DNA from: Bugula neritina
Lineage: Eukaryota > Animalia > Bryozoa
Assembly: GCA_964035545.1 (NCBI GenBank)
Contig: OZ037765.1
Coordinates: forward strand, 9,930,698-9,994,697
DNA length: 64,000 bases
Direction of reading: 5' to 3'
This document shows positions 8,991 through 21,800 of the stretch, in pieces. The notes beneath the pieces are model-generated. The model worked only from the letters and a program-made list of their open reading frames with translations, was not told the DNA's origin and did no database searches. The position numbers and the translations under genes are program-made. Every line of letters starts with the position of its first letter. Positions within the stretch are counted from its first letter, which is position 1.

Positions 8991-11900
8991 ATGGGAAACT
9001 CAAATTCTCCATTGAAACGAAGTCGTTCACAGTATGGCAGTCAGAGAAGCGTTGCATTTAGCCTGCCTACAAAATGGGACAGGCACAGCTACGCCTATGA
9101 CCCATCAATAAACAGAAGGCGGCCATCTTCTGCCTCTTCAGTGCACTCATTACCAAGTAAACCTATTCTTAGAAATAACTCCAATGCCAGCTCATTGTAT
9201 TCAGGATATGACGCTGAGTTGAGACAAAGAAGTTTGTCCCGCAGTATGCTCTCACTTCAAAATGTTCATACAAATGAACAGAATAGGCTTCCTGTTTCTA
9301 GGACTACTAGCATGTCCAGTTTACAACAATCCAATAGCATAACTCCTAAAGAATATAGTGACATATACTTAAGAAATGACCTCCGTAGAGTGTTTAGAGC
9401 TCAAGATAGAACAAATTCCGTAGCACAGCTAGGTGATATGGATACTGAATATTTAGACTCTACAGTAAGCCTAGATCAAAAGTTGTTAGCTTTGAAAAAT
9501 CAGAGAAATATGAATTCTAACTTCCCTAGTAGACATCAAGAATCTGAAGATTCCGGAAGAAAGGGAGCAGCACAGCGCCGTATTAGGAGTAGAAAAATGA
9601 AACTTGCGCCATCAGTACCAAATGTTACACAATCACAGACTAATGACTATAGTGTCAACAGACCAACTGGTTTGTATCGTAAAAAGTCAACTTCTGCCCC
9701 TCAGCCTCCTTTACGTGACAAAGCTCAATCGATGCCCTCTTTGACTATACCTGGTTCAGAGTTGGACAGATGGCAAGATGCATCCCAGAGATCGCTAATT
9801 CAGGAAATTGAAGCAGAAATAAAAGCAAGAAAAAACAACTTAAACTCATCAAATGGCAACGGCATAAAAATACCAACACCAGATTATGATTTATCTTCAA
9901 AAAATTCAATAAAACCTAAACCAGCTGTTAAACCCAAGAAAATCAAACCTCCAGCTCCCACCATTCCAGTGAAAAACAAAGAGCTGTCTTTACCAGTTCA
10001 CAAATCAAGAAAAGTTGACAGTGTAGATATTGATGAGAGTATGAATAAAACACAAGTGTTAAGTGTGGCAGTGGATGTTCATACTACTCCTCCCGAATCG
10101 TGGGAAAGTACTGGCAAAGCTTCAATTAGTACCACAGATGAAAGGAACACTACCACGGTAGACACTTGTTCTCAACAGCACTTTATCCCTCGAAAGTTAG
10201 TTGCTATGCCAGCAAAAGAAGTCAAGGAAATAGCTATACAGTACGATGCTCCAGTTGAGATAGCCATTCAATGCAGCGGCAATACTCTGAAAGAAAAGAA
10301 GACTAAAACAGATGTCTCTTCGCCTGATAATTCTTTATCAGAGCTTCTGCAACTTTTTAATGAGGCAATTCAAGCAGGAAAAAAAGAGCCAATAAGTGAA
10401 GATTTTGGTAGAGCTGCTCCTGCTCTTGAGGCTACGGATAATCTATCAGTCAGCAGTGTTAATTCATCTAATAATAAAAACTCTGGTCTGAAAAAGATTG
10501 TTCCTCTACACGAAGTTTTAGCCGATATTCCGGCACCTCCACCTTTGCCTGATTTAAATGTCAAGTTGATACAGACTAGGACGATTACAGAGAATGCTCC
10601 TATTAGTATGGCACCAGCAGAGCCATCTCCAACATCCAGTGCTCCGGAAGATGAATCTCCTCGCGCATTTTCTACCTTCCAGCAAGAACTTCTCAAAGCT
10701 TATAAAAAAATAGAAGAAAAACGTAAAATTTGTCCAACTGAAACTAATTCCAAGTCCTTCCAACGGCAAACATCAAACAGCTCAGCTGAAGCTAGTGTGT
10801 TGAGTGTATATCGCCATGCTCGTACTATTATTGGTGTGCAGACGCCACAAGAATCTGGGTCAGATTCAGGTCACGATGAGCCGTCGGATTGCAGTAACTC
10901 TCACAGCGACCAAACTCCAAGCATACCAGATTTTGTGTTTGCAGGTATTGCTAAAAATCTTCACAGTCATTTCGAGTCACATACTTCAAGGTCATTACAA
11001 AGCTCAGCAAAGAAAGACAAATCCAAGTTTAACAGCATCAAGCGAATAAGACAATCAATCAAAGAATTTGTTTCAACAAAGGCCAGACAGACAGATCTCC
11101 CTGACGATGACGTATGTAGCCAACCACCACTGTACTCTCATGAGAACTGGACACTGTCGGGCCGACCTAAGTCATCTCGTCCTGTCATCATGCAATCTGG
11201 TACATTCTCTCATGGTGAAACATTCAATCCTGCAACAGACAGTTTCGGAAACGCGGATAAGGATGCTCCCAGCAACTCACTTAATATTAAAAGGTGAGCT
11301 TGTGCTATATTGAAACTTCTTTATTGTGTTAGGTTACAGTGTCATAATATAGAAAGTATTATAGCTAGAGCATATCATGTCTTCTATACACATCAATAAT
11401 CTTGAATAGTTTTTCTATAGTGATTTCCATTGAACATGATGCCCGGATAAGCACTCTTCAATACCTCTCTTGTATCCAGCTACTCATACAGGAGATATGT
11501 GGGATTGTAGTTTGTATTCCTCTTGTATGCGTAATAGGAGAAACTAGTTTTATAGTTCATGTTGAAAACTGTTCCTATATCAAGCACAGCCTCACATCTC
11601 TTCTGTCTTTTCATGTCTGAGCTAAAAAAACTGTACACGTGCTTACATATATACATATATACATATACATGTTATAAACATACAAACATATACATATACA
11701 TGCATGAATATATTCATATACGTGCATATATAGTATATACACACACAAACATAAATATATCTACCCATGGACTTATGCTAGGAATTTCCAAAATTGTCAT
11801 TTTGATTGGGTAGCTAAAATATTCTTACAAGCGTGCACAATCATATTATTAATTTAAGTTATAGTTCGGCTATTGAAACTGATTTGCCCAAAATGGTCAA

Positions 11901-14624
11901 TTAGTTACGATGTGTTTCATAACTTTCTTGATGTGTTCAGTAGACTTTTCTACTGATAAAAAAAAGATATTGCTTGATGGAATAATTGTTTTAAAATGAA
12001 ATTGATTTTATTTCATTCAGGAATATTATTTATTCAAATATTATTTTATGCTAACTTCAGAGTAGCATTCACCAATCACCATACTATTTTTCCTGTCCCC
12101 TTTTCCTCTCCTTCTCTCTTCCTCTCTCCTTTCTCTCCCCCTATGTATTTCCCCTTTCTCCCCCTCTCTCATGTAGCATGCATAATAATATTTTCAATAA
12201 GCCTCCACAGAAACATATCCCAGAGAGAAAAAGATAGTGTAGAGATCAAATTATTTCATCAACTTTTGTGGAGTATATTATTTTTAGTCTCACTGAACTT
12301 TCACTTAACATATTTCTACATACTATATTGTAGCTTCCAACAGTCTAAATCTTTGATAAATATAGCATAATATAGTAGTGTCATGTCTGAGAAGTGCTTA
12401 GCTTTTAAAGTTCAAAGATAGACTGCACTGTACACTATATTATTGTTTCAAAAGTCCCTCCGATACTGTTACACAGTTGGGATTATAATAGATGCATAGA
12501 CTTCAACCTCAAACAGAGCGGCTGATTGTGTGAAACTGTTAGCAACTTTTATTCTCAGTTGACAGACTAGCCTGAGCTGAACCATACCTTATTCATTTTT
12601 CACGCTGCACCCTTGTGCTACTATTATAATACATACACAATAAATATCATTTACCAATCAATAGTTTCCAATATTTTCTATTCAGGCAAAATAAAAGCCT
12701 TACTAGAATGGTTATAGAACCTTCATGTTTTGTTAACGACATAAAGGCTTTGTGCCGCTCTCTTTATTGTTGGTATTTTATTACCGTCTACAAACAAACC
12801 GAAAACTTTTGAAGCACTGGTTTGGTTTTTCTTAGCCCTCATATCCAAAACTAACGATCATTAAACAGCTGACCTCATGGAACCTCGTATTAAAACTAAA
12901 TTGACCCGATACAGAAACTTTCTGCTTGTAGGTAGCTTGGAGTAATGATTTTGCCTTTTAGTATTACCAATTACATTTAAACTGGTGGCGTGATTCAGAG
13001 ACTGTGATTCTTTCAAGATGTTACATACTTATGTTGTGTAATTGCATTCACGTCTAACAATGTCTACTTGGTGACACACCTATTACCAACTACAATGGCA
13101 CTTGGTTGTCTGTTTGCATAGGTTATTGTGAGCTTATTATGCACATTAACATATATATAGTAATTTTTATTGCTAACATAACTAAGTGATTCAGAAGGTA
13201 TTTCACATCTACTCTGTTACACAGGGCTACTAGCTCCTTTATTTGTTGGGTCAAGAGATTAGCTAAACTCTCCATTACACTGAAGACACAGTTTAGTAAA
13301 AAATTCAAACTATTTTCGGATGTTTTTTTTCATATTCTACATACTCTTCCTTTAAATCTTAAGCTTCTGTATTTTACAAAAAAACTCACTTGAATATATA
13401 ATCTTTATCCTTCTGAGAAACCCCTGATGGAAAGGTTATTTGTTAAAGCGGTCTAAGGACTTATTCATATGTGGCACAGGAGCAATTATGACTGAATGCT
13501 CTTCCTAACATTATCATTGGACTCAACCACTGAACTACTGTTTACTAGGCCAGCACTCTAACCACTACACTACAGCTGTTCCTATATTTTATAACAACTG
13601 CTAAAATACATTCAATGAAATGTTATATTAAGCAGTTGCTTCCTCTTGTTTCAGCTCATCACACTTCACACAGACAAATATGAACTCCTTCTCCCTGCTC
13701 ACCCCCATCAGTTACCCTGGAAGTGTTGGAGGTGGAAGGAGCCATCACTCAGACTCTGCTGATACCATGTCACACTCACGTCACAACTCTCATACCTTGC
13801 AGCTGCATGGGACAGAAGATCTAGCTGATATACGGTGAGTAGCAACCCCCCCCCCCTTATATGTTGCAAGCTAAGTTTATTGCTAAGAAGTGCTAACAGT
13901 AACAACATTGTAAATTTAATTTGCTTTGTTTCAGCATTTCCTTAAACACTATGTTAATTTTTTTCAGCAAGTTCTAGCTGTAATAGTTATAACTTATACA
14001 ACCTATAACTATTATATAATTATAACTCATGGTCATACTATTGTAGTTTTCAATGAAAAAACAGCTTCATAATGTTATGGCTGAAAAAAACATATTTCAT
14101 GTGTTGAAAATATCATTTCAGATAGCTTTAGCTTTGTACTAGTGGGCCTAATTATAATTGTAAATCTAGGACCGCGCGGAACATAATTTCTCGTTTCAAA
14201 CCATGTGAAGTGAAAATACTCTGCTGAAGTTACCTGCCATGCACAATGCATTGTCAGCTGCAGCAAAACTCAAATTACCAAGTGTATTTGCCAAAGGCTT
14301 TACTGTCCTTTTATAAATCATTTCATTTTGAAATCTCACTCGATATTCTCAATAATACACAATTGATTGGAACAAAAACGTAAAACTGAAACACGAAAAG
14401 TGGGCTCACTAAATAGTGATTAGCCAATTGGATCACTACTGCAACAACTTTTTGAAGTATCTGTTCAGCATTCTGAAATTCACACAAAACAACAAAATTT
14501 TCGGATTTTTCAATAATGCAAATTGCTTCATGTGGTCCTAGCCTAATGTTTGCTTAGTTTATAACTGGAGTATATAAAATACTAAATAGAGATGTAATAA
14601 TTCTACTGTCTTTTCAGGTTGTGA
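8991..14624 (+). CDS. Uncharacterised Ser/Pro/Lys-rich, probably disordered protein of about 829 aa with an N-myristoylation motif; exons 8991-11293, 13655-13834, 14618-14624
   Basis: A 768-codon ORF in AT-rich DNA ends at AAG|GTGAGC (phase 2). A 180-nt exon with TTTCAG/GTGAGT sites is open only in the matching phase. The last exon gives ...DLADIRL followed by TGATGA. The downstream exons are less certain than the first. Confidence 0.75.
11636..11762. repeat. Degenerate (TA/CA/TACA)n simple repeat
   Basis: ACATATATACATATATACATATACATG-type alternating sequence. Confidence 0.7.
13378..13583 (-). mobile_element. tRNA-derived SINE-like repeat, copy 1
   Basis: The reverse complement shares GTTAGGAAGAGCATTCAGTCATAATTGCTCCTGTG...ATATGAATAAGTCCTTAG and the head CAGCTGTAGTGTAGTGGTTAGAG with 32719-32935. 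Confidence 0.75.
14166..14541. mobile_element. MITE-like non-autonomous DNA element flanked by CTAG
   Basis: Ends CTAGGACCGCGCGGAACATAATTT and AAATTGCTTCATGTGGTCCTAG form imperfect inverted repeats. The interior matches the reverse complement of about 32947-33325. Confidence 0.75.
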
Positions 14625-15802
14625 TGAGGACAGGACCAATCAGTCAACATCTTCATTAAACAATCTCTCAGATGAAGTATAATTTATACTTCAGAACAAT
14701 TACTCTATGATGAAGCCTACATTTGACCCTTTGTACATTTATATAAATATTTTTTATTACTTTTCAAGGTTTTTTTTAAAGTTCAGTCACAATACTCATT
14801 ACTAACCTCTTTATCTAGGAAGTGGCATTTAGACAATTCAAAGTTATTATTTATGGTTTAAACTCCTGCGTGATTACATTAAAAAATAATTTTTTATTTA
14901 TTGATTTTCTAATTGTATTTAGTGTATTTAAGATAAAACCAATGACTTATAATCATAAATCTTCATGAATGTTTAGTCCATATTCTAATCAAGGTAGTTT
15001 GAAACTTTAGAAACTACCGTATTGTAGTTTCTTGAACAGTTGAATAAACATTCCAATAAATTGACGATTCCAGTATTAAAAGATTTATGTTTACAAAGAA
15101 TATTCTTGCAGCTTCTCAAATGTCATTCAGTTGATGGTTTTTCAATTTACTTTTAGTGAAATCAATAAAAGAGAAGATGAATCCTACTAAATTTTGCCAG
15201 AAACTTTATTTTATTCTGTATCACCACTTACAAAGATGTGGACAGTCTTTCACAAACTATGGCATATAAATATCACTGTATGTTACCAGATATTACTTTG
15301 TGGTCTGCGTTAACCAAATGTAATAAACAATGGCTTTGAGCATTTCAGATGCCATGGGCCTGACTATTTTTGAAAAAATATTCACACTAACTTTTTGATT
15401 ACCTAATAATAGGTGAAAAAGCATTTTACATAATTTATATAGGCTGATTGAGAAATTTGAAATGTATGTTATACAGCTTTTACAGACTTTAATTAGTAAA
15501 GTACCTAAGAAAAATACAAACATCGTTGTTCACAATTTAGCTGTGTTATAAAATGACTGCATGCACTATGATGAAAATATAACAAGACTGTAGTATAAGC
15601 ATAACTTACTATAGAAAATGGCAATAATCGTTGAAAAATGCATAGTAATAAAAACATTACAAATAATACTTCATCCAAAATTAGCAAAGCAATACAATAT
15701 TACAAAACTGTAAAAAATGTAGAGCAGGCTTAGGTAAGCTGACAAAAAAATTGGTCAGATGGCATAAGAAAAGTATAAAGCGAATTGTTTAAAAATAAAG
15801 CC

Positions 15803-18800
15803 TTAGGTTTTAATTATTGATTTATTAGTGTTGTTTTTCACATTCTCACAGGATTGCATGCTAGCAATTCTCTTAGCTTCTTCAGTGTAAGTTCGGAGCC
15901 TTAAATCATTGCCAGAGCAAAGCGGATGATTTTTAGCAATGGTTTCTTGGCTTGGCCATTTTTTTAAATTTGCTGTGTTGATTTTAGCTTTGAGACCATC
16001 TTTAGGATACATTAGCATAGGAACGATATTAGTTTCAGTGGCAGTGGTGGTAAGGCCATGATAACCCTTGCCATTCAGTTTCTTGACTGTTCTGGCCCTC
16101 CAGCTATTCGCTGATTGGCATCTGGCTGTGCCAGCAGACTGTACGCGGAATACATGAGCACTTTGAGCACGCTGGGCTGATTTAGCACCTGCTTTTTCTC
16201 TGTTGTCAGCACTACGACCAGAATGGGTTGTACCTCCGCCAGATGTCTTTCCACTTTTTACACTTCGTCCATCTTCTTCAATAGCATGCTCTTTTAAAAA
16301 CTCCGCCATAGTGTCTGATATTCTCATTTTTGTTTTTGTGTCTATGCTAGATGGCGATGACTGGGGTCTGTTTTTCAATATTGGTCTTCGGGCTAAGGTA
16401 TCTTTTACGCTGCTGGGTTTTGAGGGTTTAGGAAACTCGCTGTTCTTTGAATGCTCATAAGGATATGTTGACATAACTTGATTTTTGAGAGCAGAAACTG
16501 TGAGATAGATAAAATCAGGTGTTGGTACTTTACTTCTTATTTGCTTCTTTAGTAGAGCTTTCATATCATGGAGTGATGGGTCTGAACACGATGGTATATC
16601 TGGGTGTTCAAACGCCCAAGACACTCGTCTCTTGTCTAAACCTGGTGGAGCACCATCATTCTCCAGAGAAGTGTGGTCAGGTAATACCGACATTGATGCT
16701 GGCCTTTTCATAGAGCCAGCATCATCTGGGATCATTTCAGGCTCATCTTTCAGGGTTAGGTGTTTGGTTTGAGTAAATTCAGCTTCAGTTGCAGCCTTCA
16801 GCATAGAACCTACACATAACAGTATATAAAACAACTTGTACACACAGAAAGAGAGCATTGATCAACTCATACTGAGGGAGTGTTGCACTGAGTCCATTAA
16901 TATTCAGTCAATATGAATAAAATTCACCAAATCGATTTGTTTACTTAACTGAAGTAACACGAATTTTTAATAATATCAAAACAATAAACCTTATTATGGC
17001 TTTAGCAGTAAATATTTACACTGCCTTGAGATTAAACACAATCTTTAGTAATAGGTTCAGTTCATAATTTATGATAACAATAACTCAGTACTTTCTATAT
17101 CCATAAATAATTCATGCAATTATTCTCCACAGCTTGCCTATTTACGATAAGGCAAAAGCAGAGTGTACAATGAAATCAATCCAAAGGCAATGATCACATG
17201 TGATCAACTGTTTGAGAGAAAATAACTCTAATTCTAGTTTTTGTTATATTATACTTAGGCTTATCACAACAAAATATTTTTAGTTTTTAAACCTCCAATT
17301 GTAGACAACTTTACAAAAATTATGCTAAATAATATTGTCATTATCCTAGTGAGTGAGAGAAGGACGTGGTGTGACAAAATTTGCATTAATTAGCATCCCA
17401 CTGAATAAATATTTTGTTAACAGATATTTCACTTACTTCTAATTTATTTGAAGCATTTTATGGCAATGAAAAATAATGAAGTCATAGTATGTGTTACATT
17501 ACAAATGAACAGACAGGTAAGCAAAGAGCGTACTGAAAAGAGGCAGGTGTAGTAATGGAGAAATTGAGAAAAGCCTGTATTTTTGATGATAAATATAGCA
17601 TTTAAAGAAGTTATGCTCTCACAAGATTTTCAATCTGCACTACCTTTAAAGGGAAATAGTCCACTTACATTTCTCCACTACTGCACTTTATTAGCATAAA
17701 AACAACTTTAATTCACATTTACATCATGAATTAACCAACTTTTAAATACTGAGGTTGGAAAGTATGTTATGATTATACTTTCCAAATAAATAGTGCATAT
17801 ACCTTGAGAAAAAGCACTTTTTGCTGAATGCGCAGATGTGAGACGTGAAAATCTGGGTTTGTTTGTCTTTTTGACCAGCCTAGCATCAGCAGACCCAGTC
17901 CGTGCCATGCGTTGAGCTCGGATGTATGGATAAGAGTAGGTCTTCAGTGGAGTCTCCTGGTACTTTGTGTTGTCTACGAAAGACACCACTTTGTCCGTGG
18001 GTTGGCTGTAGTCCCACTCAATGCTCTCAAATGTCAGCATCAACACGTTGGTTTTTGTGTTTATCGTCATTCTAAAATTTAGAGTTTAAATCATAGCATA
18101 AGAAAGTTTAAAATATTACCCACTGGCAACTATAAACTGTACAAACTTATAGAATAGTTTTAAAATTTTGTGATATTAGTCTTCTTAATTATTTTTAAAT
18201 TAAAACATTGGGAAGCAGGCGAGCATACTGTATGGTATCAAGCTAAACTAGAAGTACATTTATGCTATTTATTGCCAGCAAAATTTTTCTTAGAAATTAT
18301 TATTCCAACTCTAAAATCAGTGAAATTCTATGCCACCAAATGCAAATGATTTTACTTGTGTAAATATTGAGAATAACATTTTTATAGCATTGAAAATAAT
18401 GAACAAGCAGCATAGGAGTACCTGTCGCCAATCGTAGATATGCTGAGGACTGGGTCGCTCTGACTGTTTCCCCTCATAATGCGACAACACTGGCCACTGA
18501 TCATGTTCCATATCCTAACACGGCCATCTTCTGCTCCAGTGATTACCCGAAGGTAAGAAAACTCCATACACAGAACAGGGCTTTAGGAAAAAATATAGTA
18601 ATTTGACATATTGAATAAGAAGAATAAAACTATGCATTTATCATATACTACAACACTCTTCTAATATTGTGCTGGATGTACTTTAAAAAGCTACTATAGT
18701 TTGTGGGAAAATTGTTTTACTAAGCTTATTATCACCATTACGGTATAGACACTTTATAATATTTTTGAATATAGTTTAATTGTATATTTTGCTTATAAAA

Positions 18801-21800
18801 TTAAAATTTTATGAATAAAATTCACATTTTCTGTTTAATGTAAATTTTAGTATTGTCACAAATGATAGACACAATTTCACATGTAGCAAGTCAAGCTTGC
18901 ACTACTGTAAACAAAATAAATACAAATATATGACAACGTATTCTATTATTAACTTTATGACTCATCATAATATTATCATCACTAACAGAAATTTACCACT
19001 TATAGGCAGAACTCACACTATATAAACTTATTCTAACTATAAACTATATAGCCCACCATAAGATCACTACTAGTATTACTTAGTCAGAACTCACACTATC
19101 TGAACTTACCATGGATGTCTTAAAGCAGTTAGACACCTTTTGTGATCACCTTGGTTACTCCAAGCTAACACGTAGCCGTCTTTGCTAGCTGTTACAATAT
19201 GCCATTTATCAAATCTTAGAGCCGTTATGATATTGTCATGGCCAAGCAGCATCTATGTGTTAACACAATTCACATTGAAAGTATATATGTAGTGTTATAT
19301 TATAGAGAATGTCAAAATAATATTATTATGTATCTACAGCATATTTGATAAGTATATACAAAGTAATACAAAAATACAAGTTCAATATATAATAGGCACA
19401 TGTGTAGGTCTCGCATAAGTATAAAACAAGGCGATAATTTCATTTAATAAACTTGTTTGATAGGTAATACGAAGTGAAGTTAACAGGCTAGTTGGCTTGT
19501 AAGTTATATCTTTATCATAGAATTATATAAAGCAAACACACCATCACATGATGTGTTGTGATACCTTTATAAGTTTTCCACTATGCAGATTCCAGACTTT
19601 AACTCTGCCCTGTTCACATCCAGTAATACATTGAGTTTTACTCAGAGCTACACTCAGCACTCTACTCCTATGTTTAAATGTCCGATAGCATGTCTTGCTA
19701 TTGATGTCCCAGACTGACAAAAAAAATATAATGTGAAAATAAGAATGATGCTCGTATAGGTTAATACTGTGTTTATAAGTTACTGTATGCCAACACGAGT
19801 CAAAATACATATGAGTGCAGTACAGTGCAGCTTAAGTTTTTTCATTTCTTTGAAAAATTGGTTTGGGTCGTCAGTTGAAAGTCTCGAAAGAACATAACTT
19901 CCTTCGTTACACTTCTAATCTAGAATACAGGCTTTTCTCAATTTTCCATTTTTGCAGCTCCCTCCATTATGGTCATTCACACATTTTACAGCAAAATATA
20001 ATTATATTCCATTAATATAATTGTTATAAAGAATATAATACGCCTTATAAGCATAAAGGTTTTTGTAATCTAAAATTTAGATTTATACCTTTACAAGATT
20101 TGTCATGGCATGCAGAAGCAAACTGTTTACTTTTAGCACAGTAGTCTAGAGCAACTACTGTGTCCTGATGGCCATTGAATATCTTTACACATTTCAGAGT
20201 GGACAAATCCCACTTCCTAAAAACGCCAATTGAGAAAATTTGTCAGCAAGGCATGTCAGAGATACAATACAATTTAACTATTAACATCTTGTCAGGTTAA
20301 TCAATCTCAATGACTCATATTCAAACAGCATATAAATATTTCTTACTGAATTTAGTTATAAAAAGCATATTTTTATTTATAGTATTTTTTTCTATATATA
20401 TGTAGTCCTTCTCTCACTCAATATTCTATACATTAGCTCACTAGGATAATGGCAATATTTTTTAACATAAATTTTGTAAAGTTGTCTGCTATTCAATGTT
20501 TAAAAACTAAAATATTATTAAGTGTAATAATAAGTAAAAATTATAATTAGAGTTGTTTTTTCTCTAGCAGTTTATTACATGAACATTGCATTTGGATTGA
20601 TTTAATTCTACCCTCTGCTTAAGAATATTTTTGTACATTATGCATTTGATAGACTTGTATATTATATATAAAACTGAAATATTTTTAGAATTACAATGCA
20701 CAGTATTATTTAATGACAATGTACAACGTTATTTAACAGTGAGATAGTTGCTATTGATATTTAGTGTCATACCGAATGCTCGTGTCAAAACTTCCCGTCA
20801 GGACAAATCCTTCCTCTTCCTGTATGTTAACACACTTGATGGAACCGGAATGTCCAGCAATAGGATTTTCTGTATCTCTGCCTGTGCTGATATCTATCAA
20901 ATGACATCTTCTGTCTTTACTGTAGGGCAAGTAGTTACCTCCACTTGTATGTATTACTCTGTCTTTGTTGTGTCTAAACAGTTAATTATTTCTTTACAAC
21001 TATTTCTTTACATTTTAACAAGAAAAAATACCTGAAATGTTAATTTTAAATATTAGCAAAACTTATGCATTATAGCTATTGACTTGTAATTTTGCAATAG
21101 AGCCAGCCCAGTTTTATGGAAAACTAGCTAAGGGTGGGCAATTGCTTGCCCTCTATTGGCTATGTGCAGGCAATTTATATATGTGCTAGTACATATATAA
21201 ATTGCCTGCACATATCCAATAAAGGTTGTTACTATAACTCTTATCTGACTATGTATTTTTTAAACTGTTATGCCCGACACAAGTAATCAAGCAGTACCTG
21301 AAAACATTTTATCTGTTAACAACACTTGGAACCAGTAAAAAATTTTAAAACTTTTGAAATTAACAACTTTTTAAATTCCTAAATACAATACAAATAAAAA
21401 GGTTTACGGAGTGGTGTAGTAACTCACTCATTGACTAGTACAAGAACATTATATGAGCCGCAAAACAAGTTTCTCTCTTCCATAATGACTTTTCTAGTGC
21501 TGTATCCAGTGTATGCATTCTCTATATTCATTTCACTCTTAAATCTCTCATCTTTAATCAACTTTGGCTCAGCTTGTTCGTTAAGTCTAATGCATTCAGA
21601 GGTCTCGGCTTTCACATTTGGAACCAACACATCGATGTCATTAGCATAGCTGGGGCTGACACCGGAAGAGCCCTAAAGACAGCATATATTTATTTGAGAA
21701 TTTGCAGTATAGGTGTGTCAGTGTATTGTAACACAGCTGTAAGGATTTATATTAAAAGTTGCAGTTTTTAGCATATCTAATTGATTGTTTAGGAAAAAAA

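Noticed and set aside
11996-12370. 124-aa Phe/Leu/Pro-rich ORF
   Set aside because: Translation of a CT-rich low-complexity intronic tract.
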